Positions 1 through 9,989 of a stretch of DNA of 64,000 nucleotides are shown one piece after another. Within the stretch, counting starts at the first letter, position 1. Every line of letters starts with the position of its first letter. The DNA is from an uncultured Thermoplasmata archaeon (GTDB lineage: Archaea > Thermoplasmatota > Thermoplasmata > UBA10834), in contig CAZXWO010000002.1 in assembly GCA_964644565.1 (NCBI GenBank), forward strand, positions 35,244 to 99,243. The letters run 5' to 3'. Below the pieces are notes generated by a model that was not told where the DNA came from, ran no database searches, and saw nothing but the letters and a program-made list of their open reading frames with translations. The position numbers were made by a program, and so were the translations under genes.

Positions 1-66
1 CGCCACCGGGTGCGGGCTCGTCGGAGGCGAGGTCCCTGCAGAACGCCTCGAGCCCCTTCGTGCCCT

Positions 67-966
67 TCAACACCAGATCCTCCTCTCCAGTACCTGGTCG
101 CTCGAGAAGTGGGGGACCTTGAGGTAGCTGCCAGCGAGGTCGCACACGGCGTCGAGCGGCATGAGGCCGATTATCTCGCCCTCGGCCACCTCGACCCCCA
201 TGGCGTCGGCCTCCTTCTGTATCTCGATGAACACCTTCGATATCGGCGTGACGGTGTAGTCGGTGAGGTTCATGGACACCTGGACCATGTGCTTGTCCCT
301 AAGGTGGAAGCCGAGAGCCTTGACGTGGGGCATCCCGCCGCTGCTCGCCCTTATCTTCTTCGCGATGGCCTTGGCGACCTCGACGTCCTCTGACCTGAGG
401 TTGACGTTGAAAGCGATCAGGGGCATCCTCGCGCCGACGGCGGTCGCTCCAGCGGTCGGGTGCAGGGCCCTCGGGCCGAAGTCGGGGTAGCGCGAGTCGT
501 CGGTGAGTATGGCCTCCCTGAGCCCCTCGAACTGCCCCTTCCTGACCGCCTCGAGGTTCCTCCTCTCCGGCCTCTTCGCGGCGGCCTCGTACAGGTACAC
601 GGGTATCTTCAGGTGCCTGGCGATCCTCGCCCCGACCCTGTTGGCTATCTCGACGCAGTCGTCCATGGTAGCGCCGGAGACCGGCACGAAAGGCAGGACG
701 TCCAGCGCCCCCATCCGCGGGTGCTCCCCCGTGTGCTTGGTCAGGTCTATGAGCTCCATGGCTGCCCGGGCGCCCCTGAACGCGCTCTCCTGGACGCTCT
801 CCTTGTTGCCCGTGAAAGTGACGACGCTCCTGTTGTGGTCGGGGTCGCTCTCGACGTCGAGCACCTTGGTGCCAGGCACCGACCTTATCGAGTGGACTAT
901 CTTGTCGACGACATCCTTCCTGCGCCCTTCGCTGAAGTTCGGGACGCACTCGATCACTGCCGCCAT
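67..966 (-). CDS. Glutamate formimidoyltransferase-like protein (FtcD N-terminal formiminotransferase domain)
   Basis: 299-aa ORF starting MAAVIECVPNFSEGR, the characteristic N-terminus of formiminotransferase domain proteins. The full-length ORF ends with a stop at 64-66. Confidence 0.7.
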   Translation of the reverse strand: MAAVIECVPNFSEGRRKDVVDKIVHSIRSVPGTKVLDVESDPDHNRSVVTFTGNKESVQESAFRGARAAMELIDLTKHTGEHPRMGALDVLPFVPVSGATMDDCVEIANRVGARIARHLKIPVYLYEAAAKRPERRNLEAVRKGQFEGLREAILTDDSRYPDFGPRALHPTAGATAVGARMPLIAFNVNLRSEDVEVAKAIAKKIRASSGGMPHVKALGFHLRDKHMVQVSMNLTDYTVTPISKVFIEIQKEADAMGVEVAEGEIIGLMPLDAVCDLAGSYLKVPHFSSDQVLERRIWC

Positions 967-1036
967 TCGACCAGCACCGGAGGTGGTGAATCTACTATCA
1001 TGCTCATATAATGAATCGTCGTCGCCCGCACGTCCC

Positions 1037-1552
1037 TCACTTCTTGATGACGTCGACGGCCGCGACCCTCTCGAGGACCAGCTCCTGCAGGCGGTCCTCC
1101 CTCACGGTCGACATCTCCTTCTCCGAGACGCCGAACCTGGCCAGCCTCTCCCTGTCGGGCGTCCCCTCCGAGGGCGGGAGGGGCGACCATCCCTTCCCCG
1201 GTCCGAAGGGTCCCTTGAGCACGGCGAGGACCACCCTGCGGGTCCCGTCGCCCACGGCCATCTTCCTTATGGCGCTCGACAGCTGCCTCTCGCCGGAGGC
1301 GTAGAGCAGCGTCTCCATCGCGAGCGAGTCGGAGGCGTTCCTGCCCTCGGCCGTGGCCTTCGCGGCGTGGTAGTGGGCGCTGACGACATGGTCTGCCCCG
1401 AAGACCATGTCCCCGTCCATCACGAGGACCTCCGAGGAGGACTCCGAGGCACTCGCCAGCACTTCCTCCATCGAGGCCTTCGCCTCGCCCTCGGCGACCT
1501 CCTTGGTCCACACCCTCGGTACCGTCCCACCGGGCCCTTCCATGTCGAACAC
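1037..1552 (-). CDS. cgi121: KEOPS complex subunit Cgi121
   Basis: 171 aa. Motifs LLYASGERQLSSAIRKMAVGDG..VVLAVL and C-terminal LVLERVAAVDVIKK align to archaeal Cgi121 (e.g. MJ0187: ILVRASGQRQIHEAIKIIGAKDG / VLEKIALIELKK). Confidence 0.6.
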   Translation of the reverse strand: MFDMEGPGGTVPRVWTKEVAEGEAKASMEEVLASASESSSEVLVMDGDMVFGADHVVSAHYHAAKATAEGRNASDSLAMETLLYASGERQLSSAIRKMAVGDGTRRVVLAVLKGPFGPGKGWSPLPPSEGTPDRERLARFGVSEKEMSTVREDRLQELVLERVAAVDVIKK

Positions 1553-1565
1553 CCCCGTCGCGGAC

Positions 1566-3737
1566 CTACCTGAACTCCCTCAGGGACCTCTGCCCGTCCT
1601 CGGTGGCCGCGGGCATCGTCGGGTCCGCCTGGCCGAGCTGGTCCTTCAGGGACCTGGCGACAGACTCCCCAATCGTCGGTATCTGCTTAAGCCTGTCGTA
1701 GCTCGTGTTCCTCAGGTCCTCCAGGCCCTTGATGCCCCTCGAATACAGTGCGCGCGCGCGCACCCTGCCCAGCCCCCTGAGCTTGACCAGCTCCAGCAGC
1801 TCGGGCCTGATGCCGTACCTCACCCTGGCGACCGCCTCCGCGCACTCACCGACGGCGTCCCTGTTGAACAGCTCCGACAGCCTCGCGGATGCGTGCAGGA
1901 GCCATTCGGCGAGCTCGACCTTGTTCCGTATGTCCCCGGGGCCGATCCCGAAGGAGTCGGCTATCTCGTTCTCGTGGGCCTCGGACATCCAGTCGTCGAT
2001 CATCTTCGCCGTCTTCAGGGTGGACAGGTACAGCTCGTACTCCTCGAGGTCCCTCGGCGGCTCGACCAGGAGCCCGTCCTTGACCTCGTCGAGGTACTCC
2101 TCGACCCACTCGTAGTCGCTGCGCCTGAGGTACATGAGCGGCATGTCTGGGACCGTGCACACGGCGTGGACGAGCCCGAACTGCTTCCCCGGGGAGAACC
2201 TCCTCAGGGCGTCCCTGATCCTGACGGCGGAGAGCGGGTCTATGTAAAGGTCGCTGACCCTCCTCCCGAACCCCGTCGCGGCGAGGGCCTCCCCCTCCGT
2301 CACCATCTCCTCCCTCTGCAGGAACTCGACGATGGACTCGATGATGTCGCCGAGGTACTGCGCGTCCGTCTGGTGCGCCAGGAATGTCTTCTGGAAGAAC
2401 CCCTTGAGCGCGTCGAGCGAGCCGGCGTCCTTGGTCGCGACCAGGGCGAGCACGTGGGACCTCATCGCAGGCTCCGTCCCCAGCTTGGACCGGATGCTCT
2501 CGTTCTCGCCGAGCAGGTAAGCCTCCATCAGGAGGCTCCTCTCCTCGTCGTCCCTCGCGATTAGGATCGCCTCGCCGTACGGGTCGAACCTGGGCCTCCC
2601 CGCCCTGCCGCACATCTGCTTGACCTCAAGGACAGGGATCGAGGTGAAGCCCATCTCGGAGTCGTACCTCCGGACGTCCCTGACGATGACCGTCCTCGCG
2701 GGCAGGTTGATCCCCGCTGCCAGCGTCGGGGTCGCGACGATGCAGCCCAGCTGGCCGGACCTGAAGCTCCCCTCGACCGTCCTCCTCTGGGCGCCCGTTA
2801 GGCCCGCGTGGTGGAAGGCGCACCCGCTCCGGATGCACTTGCCGAGCCTCGCGCCCATGGTCGTGGGCTCGTCCTGCTCCCCCACGAGCCTGTCCGCGGT
2901 CCTCGCCAGCGCGTCCAGCCTGTCGGGTATCATCCTCTTCACCAGGGGGCCGAGTGCCGAGGCCTGCGACTCGCTCGACTTGCGCGAGTTGACGAAGACG
3001 AGGCACTGCCCCCCAGAGGCGATGGTGTCCCTGACTATCGCGTTGACGGGGTTGTCGTCGGCCCCGAGCCTCTTCCTGGAGTTGTCTGTGAAGAACACCT
3101 CCCCTCCGGAGTAGACGCCCTCCTTCAGCGGGACCGGCCTCCAGTCGCTCGTCACGAGGTCCGCGTCGAGCCATTCCGCGAGCTCGCGCGCGTTGCCGAT
3201 GGTGGCCGAGAGGGCGATGAGCTGCGCGCCAGGGTTGAAAGTCCTGAACTTGACCAGGGTGACCTCGAGGGTGGGCCCGCGGCCCGGGTCGTTCAGCAGG
3301 TGGACCTCGTCGGCGACGACCACCGAGAGCTGGTCCAGCCACTTGGTCCTGTGCCTCAGGAGCGAGTCGGCCTTCTCGGACGTCGAGACCACGATGTCGT
3401 ACCTGTGGAGCTTCGCGTCCACCTCGTCGAAGTCGCCGGTCGACTCGGCGACCTTGATGCCCATGTCGGCGAACTTGGACAGGTCCTCGTACTTCTCGGA
3501 GGCGAGAGCCTTCAGGGGGACGATGTAGAGCGCCTTGCCCCCCCTTAGCACCGCCTGCAGCATCGCGAGGTACGCGACCAGGCTCTTGCCGGAGGCGGTC
3601 GGGATCGCCAGTACGACGTTCCTCCCCTCCATCACGGGGCGCAGGGCCTCGGCCTGCGGAGGGTACAGCTCCTCGATGCCGTCCTCCCTGAGCTTCCTGA
3701 CGACCCTCGGGTCCAGTCCCACATCCTCGACCTTCAT
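1566..3737 (-). CDS. hel308: ATP-dependent DNA helicase Hel308 (Ski2-like)
   Basis: DEAD/DEAH helicase motifs (AIPTASGKS Walker A, DEVH), RecA-like domains, WH and C-terminal HhH domain. The ORF in the track begins at a GTG at 3800 that abuts a TATA-like box, so the true start is more likely MKVEDVGLD (ATG at 3737). Confidence 0.85.
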   Translation of the reverse strand: MKVEDVGLDPRVVRKLREDGIEELYPPQAEALRPVMEGRNVVLAIPTASGKSLVAYLAMLQAVLRGGKALYIVPLKALASEKYEDLSKFADMGIKVAESTGDFDEVDAKLHRYDIVVSTSEKADSLLRHRTKWLDQLSVVVADEVHLLNDPGRGPTLEVTLVKFRTFNPGAQLIALSATIGNARELAEWLDADLVTSDWRPVPLKEGVYSGGEVFFTDNSRKRLGADDNPVNAIVRDTIASGGQCLVFVNSRKSSESQASALGPLVKRMIPDRLDALARTADRLVGEQDEPTTMGARLGKCIRSGCAFHHAGLTGAQRRTVEGSFRSGQLGCIVATPTLAAGINLPARTVIVRDVRRYDSEMGFTSIPVLEVKQMCGRAGRPRFDPYGEAILIARDDEERSLLMEAYLLGENESIRSKLGTEPAMRSHVLALVATKDAGSLDALKGFFQKTFLAHQTDAQYLGDIIESIVEFLQREEMVTEGEALAATGFGRRVSDLYIDPLSAVRIRDALRRFSPGKQFGLVHAVCTVPDMPLMYLRRSDYEWVEEYLDEVKDGLLVEPPRDLEEYELYLSTLKTAKMIDDWMSEAHENEIADSFGIGPGDIRNKVELAEWLLHASARLSELFNRDAVGECAEAVARVRYGIRPELLELVKLRGLGRVRARALYSRGIKGLEDLRNTSYDRLKQIPTIGESVARSLKDQLGQADPTMPAATEDGQRSLREFR

Positions 3738-3800
3738 CCGAAGCACCTGTCTCCCTGTCCCGGCGGCGGCTCCGCGCGCCCGCCTACGAAATATGTGCAC

Positions 3801-3950
3801 TTATAAGGCCACGGGGCCCTGCCGTAAGTGCTCGGCCGGCCTCCCCCCGGGGACCGTTCCGCACACTGGCTGTGTTAACTGTATATGGTCTCACGGCGCA
3901 ACGCTTATCTAGCACAGGCTTAATAACTTTGACTAATACTGGTGTAACTG
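3801..3950. promoter_or_regulatory. Divergent promoter region between hel308 and lonB (TATA-like cttataag for hel308; ttaataac about 27-34 nt upstream of the lonB ATG, consistent with a leaderless transcript)
   Basis: AT-rich patches in an otherwise GC-rich genome, with archaeal TATA-like hexamers at the expected distance from the start codons. Confidence 0.4.
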
Positions 3951-5927
3951 ATGGGAAGCGCTGATTCCAGGAGGCCCGAGTTGGGCCTCCCTGACATTGA
4001 GGACTGGGTCAAAGCCCAGGCCTTCGAATCCACAGCAGACGTCAAGATCCCTCCGAAGCTGGTCGACCAGGTCATAGGCCAGGACGACGCGGTCAAGGTC
4101 ATCAAGAAGGCCGCGGAGCAGAAGAGGCACGTGATACTGATAGGCGACCCGGGGACAGGCAAGTCCATGCTCGCCCGGTCCATGGTGGACTACCTCCCGA
4201 AGGGGGAGCTCCAGGACGTCATCGCATACCACAACCCGGACGACCCGAACGAGCCCAAGATCCGCATAGTGCCGACCGGGAAGGGGAAGGAGATCGTCCA
4301 CGCCCAGAAGCAGGAGGCGGAGCAGAAGCGCGCTCAGAAGAACTCGTGGGTATTCATGCTCCTCTTCGTGTTCATAGGCCTCGCCGTGATCATGACCTAC
4401 CAGTTCGGGGACCCCGTGTACCTCCTGATCGGCCTGATCGGGGGCATGCTGCTCTTCATGATGTTCAGGTACACGGGCCAGCGCAAGGAGACCCTCTTGG
4501 TCCCCAAGCTGCTGATAACCCACAAGGCCACCGAGATGCCCCCGTTCATAGACGCGACGGGCGCCCACGCGGGCGCGCTGCTGGGGGACGTCAAGCACGA
4601 CCCGTTCCAGAGCGGCGGCCTCGAGACTCCGGCCCACGAGAGGCTGGAGCCAGGGGCGATACACAAGGCCAGCAAGGGCGTCCTGTTCATCGACGAGATC
4701 AACATGCTCAGGATCGAGAGCCAGCAGAGCCTCCTCACGGCCCTCCAGGAGGGCGAGTTCAGCATCCTGGGGCAGAGCGAGAGGAGCTCGGGGGCCATGG
4801 TCAAGAGCGAGCCCGTGCCGTGCGACTTCATACTGGTCGCGGCGGGCAACCTCGACGCGGTGGGCAGCATGCACCCGGCGCTCAGGTCCAGGATCAGGGG
4901 CTACGGGTACGAGGTGTACATGAGGAACACCATGCCCGACACTGCGGTCAACAGGACCAAGCTCATCACGTTCGTCGCCCAGGAGGTCTCCAAGGACAAG
5001 AAGATCCCCCACTTCGACAAGGCAGCGGTGGCGGAGATCGTCAGGGAGGCGCAGAGGCGCGCGGGCAGGAGGGGCATGCTGACCCTCAGGCTCAGGGAGC
5101 TCGGCGGCCTCGTGAGGGTCGCCGGCGACATCGCCATAGAGCGCGAGGCGAAGATAGTCGAGGCCAAGCACGTGCTCGAGGCGAAGAGCATCGCCAGGTC
5201 GTTGGAGCAGCAGGTGACCGACAGGGCCGTCGAGAGGCGGAAGGACTACAAGACCTGCCTCACGGAGGGCGCGGTTATCGGGATAGTGAACGGCCTCGCC
5301 GTCCTCAACTCCGACTCATCCATGGCGGAGTACTCAGGCATAGTCACGCCCATAGTAGCCGAGGTCACCCCGGCGCAGAACCGCGAGGGCGGCAAGATCA
5401 TAGCGACGGGCAAGCTGGGCGAGATAGCGAAGGAGTCCGTCCAGAACGTCTCCGCCCTGATCAAGAAGTACACCGGCGAGGACATCACGAACCACGACAT
5501 ACACGTGCAGTTCATAGGCACCTACGACGGCATCGAGGGGGACAGCGCCTCGATCGCGGTCGCCACGGCGGTCATATCCGCCTTCGAGGAGGTCGAGGTC
5601 GACCAGACCGTCACCATGACAGGGAGCCTGAGCGTCCGCGGGCAGGTCCTGCCGGTCGGCGGCGTCACCGCGAAGATCGAGGCCGCCGCGGAGATGGGCC
5701 TGAAGAAGGTCCTGATTCCCGAGCAGAACATGAAGGACGTCCTGCTGGAGGACAAGTACATCGGCAAGATCGAGGTCATCCCCGTGCGCCTCCTCAACGA
5801 CGTGCTGACGCACGCGCTCGTGGGCGCGAGGAAGGACGGCCTGCTGAAGAAGCTCGCGAGCCTGGTCGCTGCTAAGGCCGGCACGAAGCCAGGGCCCGTC
5901 CTCGGCGACAGGCCCGTGGTCCACTGA
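3951..5927 (+). CDS. lonB: Archaeal membrane-bound Lon protease (LonB)
   Basis: AAA+ Walker A GDPGTGKS; two TM helices inserted in the ATPase domain ([16 protein letters not shown].., [14 protein letters not shown]), typical of archaeal LonB; C-terminal protease domain with GDSAS catalytic serine. Confidence 0.9.
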   Translation: MGSADSRRPELGLPDIEDWVKAQAFESTADVKIPPKLVDQVIGQDDAVKVIKKAAEQKRHVILIGDPGTGKSMLARSMVDYLPKGELQDVIAYHNPDDPNEPKIRIVPTGKGKEIVHAQKQEAEQKRAQKNSWVFMLLFVFIGLAVIMTYQFGDPVYLLIGLIGGMLLFMMFRYTGQRKETLLVPKLLITHKATEMPPFIDATGAHAGALLGDVKHDPFQSGGLETPAHERLEPGAIHKASKGVLFIDEINMLRIESQQSLLTALQEGEFSILGQSERSSGAMVKSEPVPCDFILVAAGNLDAVGSMHPALRSRIRGYGYEVYMRNTMPDTAVNRTKLITFVAQEVSKDKKIPHFDKAAVAEIVREAQRRAGRRGMLTLRLRELGGLVRVAGDIAIEREAKIVEAKHVLEAKSIARSLEQQVTDRAVERRKDYKTCLTEGAVIGIVNGLAVLNSDSSMAEYSGIVTPIVAEVTPAQNREGGKIIATGKLGEIAKESVQNVSALIKKYTGEDITNHDIHVQFIGTYDGIEGDSASIAVATAVISAFEEVEVDQTVTMTGSLSVRGQVLPVGGVTAKIEAAAEMGLKKVLIPEQNMKDVLLEDKYIGKIEVIPVRLLNDVLTHALVGARKDGLLKKLASLVAAKAGTKPGPVLGDRPVVH

Positions 5928-5934
5928 CGGGGTT

Positions 5935-6459
5935 ATGCTCATGAGGGGTTTGATCATCGGCAGGTTCCAGCCCCTTCACAAAGGGCACCTCGCCGCGATC
6001 AGGGAGGCCCTCGCCGCGTGCGACGACCTCGTCATCGTCATAGGCAGCGCCGAGCTGTCCCACACCGCGGAGAACCCCTTCACCGCCGGCGAGAGGTACC
6101 AGATGCTCCTGTCCTCCCTCGGGGAGGAGGAGCGCTCCAGGGTGCACATCATCCCCGTGAGGGACGTGAACAGGTACGCTGCATGGGTCAGCCATGTGGA
6201 GTCCTACGTGCCCCCGTTCGACTTGGTCTTCTCCAACAACGACCTGACAAGGTCCCTGTTCTCAGGTGCCGGCTACAGCGCGAGGCGGACCAAGGCGTAC
6301 AACTCCAAGTCCTTTTCAGGGACCGAGATACGCCGGAGGATCGCGGCGGACGAGAAGTGGCACCAACTCGTGCCGGCCCCGGTCGCGGCCATAGTGGAGT
6401 CGCTCGGTGGCAGGCAGCGCCTGCTCGACGCCGGCCTTAAGCCCAAGAAGAGGAGGTGA
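5935..6459 (+). CDS. nadM: Nicotinamide-nucleotide adenylyltransferase (archaeal NMNAT)
   Basis: GRFQPLHKGH (H/T-x-G-H nucleotidyltransferase motif). Size and sequence are typical of archaeal NMNAT. Confidence 0.8.
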   Translation: MLMRGLIIGRFQPLHKGHLAAIREALAACDDLVIVIGSAELSHTAENPFTAGERYQMLLSSLGEEERSRVHIIPVRDVNRYAAWVSHVESYVPPFDLVFSNNDLTRSLFSGAGYSARRTKAYNSKSFSGTEIRRRIAADEKWHQLVPAPVAAIVESLGGRQRLLDAGLKPKKRR

Positions 6460-6464
6460 GGCGG

Positions 6465-6940
6465 TGCAGCTGGCCGAGGAGTTCGGGGCCTCCCTGAGGC
6501 GGAAGGGGTGGACGGTCGCCGTCGCGGAGTCGTGCACCGGCGGCAAGGTCGGGGACATGATCACATCCGTCCCGGGGAGCAGCGACTACTTCCTGGGTGG
6601 TGTTATATCCTACAGCGACGACGCCAAGGTGAGCCTTCTCGGGGTCGAGCAAGCGGCCATCGAGGGAGAGGGCGCCGTGAGCGAGCTCGTCGCGCTGCAG
6701 ATGGCGGACGGCGCCAGGACGGCCTTCGGGGCCGATGTCGGCGTGTCGACCACCGGGATAGCGGGCCCGGGGGGCGGGAGCCCCGAGAAACCCGTCGGCC
6801 TGGTGTTCATAGCGGTCTCGACGTGCGAGGGGAGCGTGTGCAGGAAGCACGTGTTCGCGGGCGCGCGCGACGAAGTCAAGCGCGCGTCGTCGGAGTCCGC
6901 GCTCGCGCTCGCGCGGGAAGTGCTGGCCGACGTCGAGTAA
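6465..6940 (+). CDS. cinA: CinA C-terminal domain protein / nicotinamide-nucleotide amidohydrolase PncC-like
   Basis: WTVAVAESCTGG...SYSDDAKVSLLGV...TTGIAGPGG are CinA_C motifs. Probable GTG start at 6465 preceded by aggaggtgagg, just downstream of the nadM stop; NAD salvage logic with nadM. Confidence 0.7.
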
Positions 6941-7004
6941 ACGGGTTTTGTGGACATTCCCCAAAGTTTCATAATCGCAAACATGCATGCGTTGCCCAGT
7001 CATC

Positions 7005-7850
7005 ATGTCAGAATGGGATGTGCAGAGGATACCCACTGGTGTCGCTGATTTCGACTCGATCATCGGTGGGGGATTGCCGACGGGCTCAGTCGTCTTGCTG
7101 CTGGGAGACGTGGGCGGCGGGGGCCTCGAGTTCGCGCTCACCTCGGCGGCCAAGATAGGCATCGTCAAGGAGTTCCCGGAGACCCGCTCGTTCATGCTGG
7201 GCCATGCGGGGAAGGCCGGCATCCTGCCGGAGACGATCAGCTACATCGCCTTCTCCAGGTCGCGCGACGACATCCTCAGGGAGGTGAAGATCTCCTTCAA
7301 CCGGGACTTCGCGGAGTCCCTGATCTCCAACCTCAGGTTCAAGGACTTCTCGAAGGACTACTTCATGAGGACGGTGGTGCCCTCCAGCTGGACGGACTCG
7401 GACGAGGGGGCCCTCTTCTCGGAGAAGAAGGAGGACGGGCTCATGGAGTCCCTCGTGAACTTCCTCGACGCCAACGCCCCGAAGAGCCTGGTCATAGTGG
7501 ACTCGCTCACCGACCTCGTCGTCTCCGACTCCGTCAAGTTCGAGGACGTCGTCTCGCTCATGAAGGGCATCCAGAGGATGGCCAAGAAGTGGGGGTCGGT
7601 GTTCTACGTGGTGCTCACCGACGGCATACTGGACAACCGCCGTCAGCAGATGATCATAGACAGCGTCGACGGGGTCCTCAAGTTCGAGTGGGCCAAGTTC
7701 CATCACACCTCGAAGAGGCAGAGGTACCTCTACGTCGAGAAGTTCATGAGCGTCCTGCCGCACCTGGACCAGGAACGGATTGCCAGGTTCGCGACGCTCA
7801 TAACGTCACAGAGCGGCTTCGTGGTGATAAACACCGAGAGGGTGGGATGA
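7005..7850 (+). CDS. KaiC/RadA-like ATPase paralog with degenerate Walker A
   Basis: KaiC-like N-terminus IPTGVADFDSIIGGGLPTGSVVLLLG, but the P-loop reads GDVGGGG (no GKT/S). Followed 4 nt later by an intact KaiC-like gene. Confidence 0.6.
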   Translation: MSEWDVQRIPTGVADFDSIIGGGLPTGSVVLLLGDVGGGGLEFALTSAAKIGIVKEFPETRSFMLGHAGKAGILPETISYIAFSRSRDDILREVKISFNRDFAESLISNLRFKDFSKDYFMRTVVPSSWTDSDEGALFSEKKEDGLMESLVNFLDANAPKSLVIVDSLTDLVVSDSVKFEDVVSLMKGIQRMAKKWGSVFYVVLTDGILDNRRQQMIIDSVDGVLKFEWAKFHHTSKRQRYLYVEKFMSVLPHLDQERIARFATLITSQSGFVVINTERVG

Positions 7851-7854
7851 CAAG

Positions 7855-8556
7855 ATGGTCTCGGACAGGGTCAGGACGGGTGTCGATGGTCTGGATGAGA
7901 TGCTCCAGGGGGGCCTCCCGGAGAACCACATCGTCGTGGTGATGGGCTCCTTCGGGACCGGCAAGACCACCATCGCCCTCCAGTTCATAGTCGAGGGCAT
8001 AAGGAACGGGGAGCCCTGCATCTTCATTTCGCTGGAGGAGGACAAGGAGTCCATAAGCAAGAACGCGGCCGCCTTCGGGTGGGACATCGCCAAGGCGATA
8101 GACTCCAAGAAGCTGGGCCTGTTCAAGCTCGAGCCGTCGGACGCCAAGACGACGGTCACCAGGATCAAGAGCGACCTCCCGAAGTTCATCAAGAGCTTCG
8201 GGGCCAAGAGGGTCGTGATCGACTCGGTCTCACTCCTGAACATGATGTTCGACGACGACACGGAGCGCAGGACCAACCTGTTCAACCTCTGCCAGCTCCT
8301 GAGGAGCACGGGCGCGACCACCCTCCTCACTGCGGAGGTCAAGGACGAGAACCCGAGGTCCTCCAGGGACGGTCTCGCGGAGTACACCGCGGACGGCGTC
8401 GTCCTCCTCCAGTCGGACGAGGCCAAGGACGGCGGCGAGGTCCAGCTCACCGTGAGGATCCTCAAGATGCGGAGGACGGGCCACTCCAGGCGCGTCAAGC
8501 CCTACTCCATCACGGACAAGGGGATAGTGGTCCACGCGGGGGCGGACGTCTTCTAG
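7855..8556 (+). CDS. KaiC-like / RecA-superfamily ATPase
   Basis: VRTGVDGLDEMLQGGLPENHIVVVMGSFGTGKTTIALQF with canonical Walker A and Walker B (VVIDSVS). About 230 aa, single KaiC domain. Confidence 0.75.
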   Translation: MVSDRVRTGVDGLDEMLQGGLPENHIVVVMGSFGTGKTTIALQFIVEGIRNGEPCIFISLEEDKESISKNAAAFGWDIAKAIDSKKLGLFKLEPSDAKTTVTRIKSDLPKFIKSFGAKRVVIDSVSLLNMMFDDDTERRTNLFNLCQLLRSTGATTLLTAEVKDENPRSSRDGLAEYTADGVVLLQSDEAKDGGEVQLTVRILKMRRTGHSRRVKPYSITDKGIVVHAGADVF

Positions 8557-8608
8557 TCCCGCCCAGCGAGTCTCGGCCCGCTTCGGCCATGCGCCTCTCG
8601 TCCCTGTC

Positions 8609-9826
8609 CTACCTGGAGGCCATCTCCTGGTCGATGACCGCCCCGAGCCTGCGGAGCCCCTCGGTGATCAGGTCGTCCGCCGGATAGGAGAAGTTCAGTC
8701 TCAGGCTGCCGAAGCCGTCCTGCGGGTTCGGGTAGAACGCCCTGCCTGAGACGAACGCGACCCTCTTCTCCAGGGTCTTCTTGAGGAGGGTGGGTGAGTC
8801 CAGTCCCTCGGGGAGGGTGACCCACAGGAACATCCCTCCCTCGGGCCTGAGCCAATTGACGCCCTCGGGCATGTACTCATCCATGCCCTCGAGCATGATC
8901 CTCAGCTTCCTGCCGTAGATCTCGATGATCTTGCTTATCTGCTTGTCCATGAGCTTGCGGTCCATGTACTCGTGGGCGATGGCCTGTCCGAGCACGTTCG
9001 CGCAGACGTCGGTGGACTGCTTCGACACTATGAGCTTCTTGAGTATCTCTGGCTCGGCGACCACCCAGCCGATCCTGAGCCCGGGGGAGAGGACCTTCGA
9101 GAAGGTGCCCATGTAGACGACCCTCCCCTCGTCGTCGAACGCCTTGATGGGCTTCAGGTGCTCGCCCGTGTACCTGAGCTCGCCGTAGGGGTCGTCCTCG
9201 AGGATTATGAAGTCGTACTCGGAGGCCATGTCGACGAGCCGCCTCCTGTTGGCCTCCGGCATCGTGACCCCGGCGGGGTTGTGGAAGTTCGGGAGGACAT
9301 ACACGAGCTTGGGCTGGTCCGACCTCTTCGCGAGCCCCTTGATGCGCTCCTCGAAGAGATCGAGGCGCATGTTGTCCTCGTCTATCGGGACCGTCTCGAA
9401 GGCCGCCTGGTATGTCCCGAAGCCGGTGAGGGCCGTGAGGTAAGTCGGCGCGGACACGACGATGACGTCCTTCGGGTCGATGAACACCTTGCCCATCAGG
9501 TCGATGACCTGCTGCGAGCCGCTCACGACGAGGACGTCGTCCGCCGAGGCGTCCATCCCCTTGGTCCTCATCCGCTCCGCGATGGACTGCCTCAAAGGCG
9601 GGTAGCCCTCGGTGATGCCGTACTGGAGGACCTTGCCCCCGTCCTTCGTCAGCACGTCCGACGCGATCTCGCGGATGATCTCCACCGGGAAGGTCTCGGG
9701 GTTCGGCATGCCACCGGCGAAGGAGATCATGTCCGGGACCTGGAGGAGCTTCAGGAGCTCCCTCACGTCCGACGCCTTCATCTCCCTAGCCCTCTGCGAG
9801 AAGTGCCTCGAGAAATCGCTGGCCAA
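8609..9826 (-). CDS. PLP-dependent aminotransferase, class I/II (2-aminoadipate/aromatic aminotransferase-like)
   Basis: 405 aa with fold-type I aminotransferase signatures (LPNFHNPAGV.., TFSKVLSPGLRIGWV with PLP-lysine context). Confidence 0.8.
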   Translation of the reverse strand: MASDFSRHFSQRAREMKASDVRELLKLLQVPDMISFAGGMPNPETFPVEIIREIASDVLTKDGGKVLQYGITEGYPPLRQSIAERMRTKGMDASADDVLVVSGSQQVIDLMGKVFIDPKDVIVVSAPTYLTALTGFGTYQAAFETVPIDEDNMRLDLFEERIKGLAKRSDQPKLVYVLPNFHNPAGVTMPEANRRRLVDMASEYDFIILEDDPYGELRYTGEHLKPIKAFDDEGRVVYMGTFSKVLSPGLRIGWVVAEPEILKKLIVSKQSTDVCANVLGQAIAHEYMDRKLMDKQISKIIEIYGRKLRIMLEGMDEYMPEGVNWLRPEGGMFLWVTLPEGLDSPTLLKKTLEKRVAFVSGRAFYPNPQDGFGSLRLNFSYPADDLITEGLRRLGAVIDQEMASR

Positions 9827-9989
9827 CTCGGTTCCCTCGGATCGGCTGAGGGGCCGGAGAGCGCATAATGTTTTTCGAATTACAACGCGGGGAGCCCGCG
9901 TTTGCCATGCTACCAGCCACTCGGTCAGCGCGCCGACGCCACGCCAAAACCATTAAGAGGGGCCATTGCTTACAACGCCACCGTCAGCC

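Noticed and set aside
3933-5875. 412-aa minus and 509-aa plus alternative-frame ORFs inside lonB
   Set aside because: Shadow ORFs with R/G/H/P-rich composition. LonB frame validated by Walker and protease motifs.
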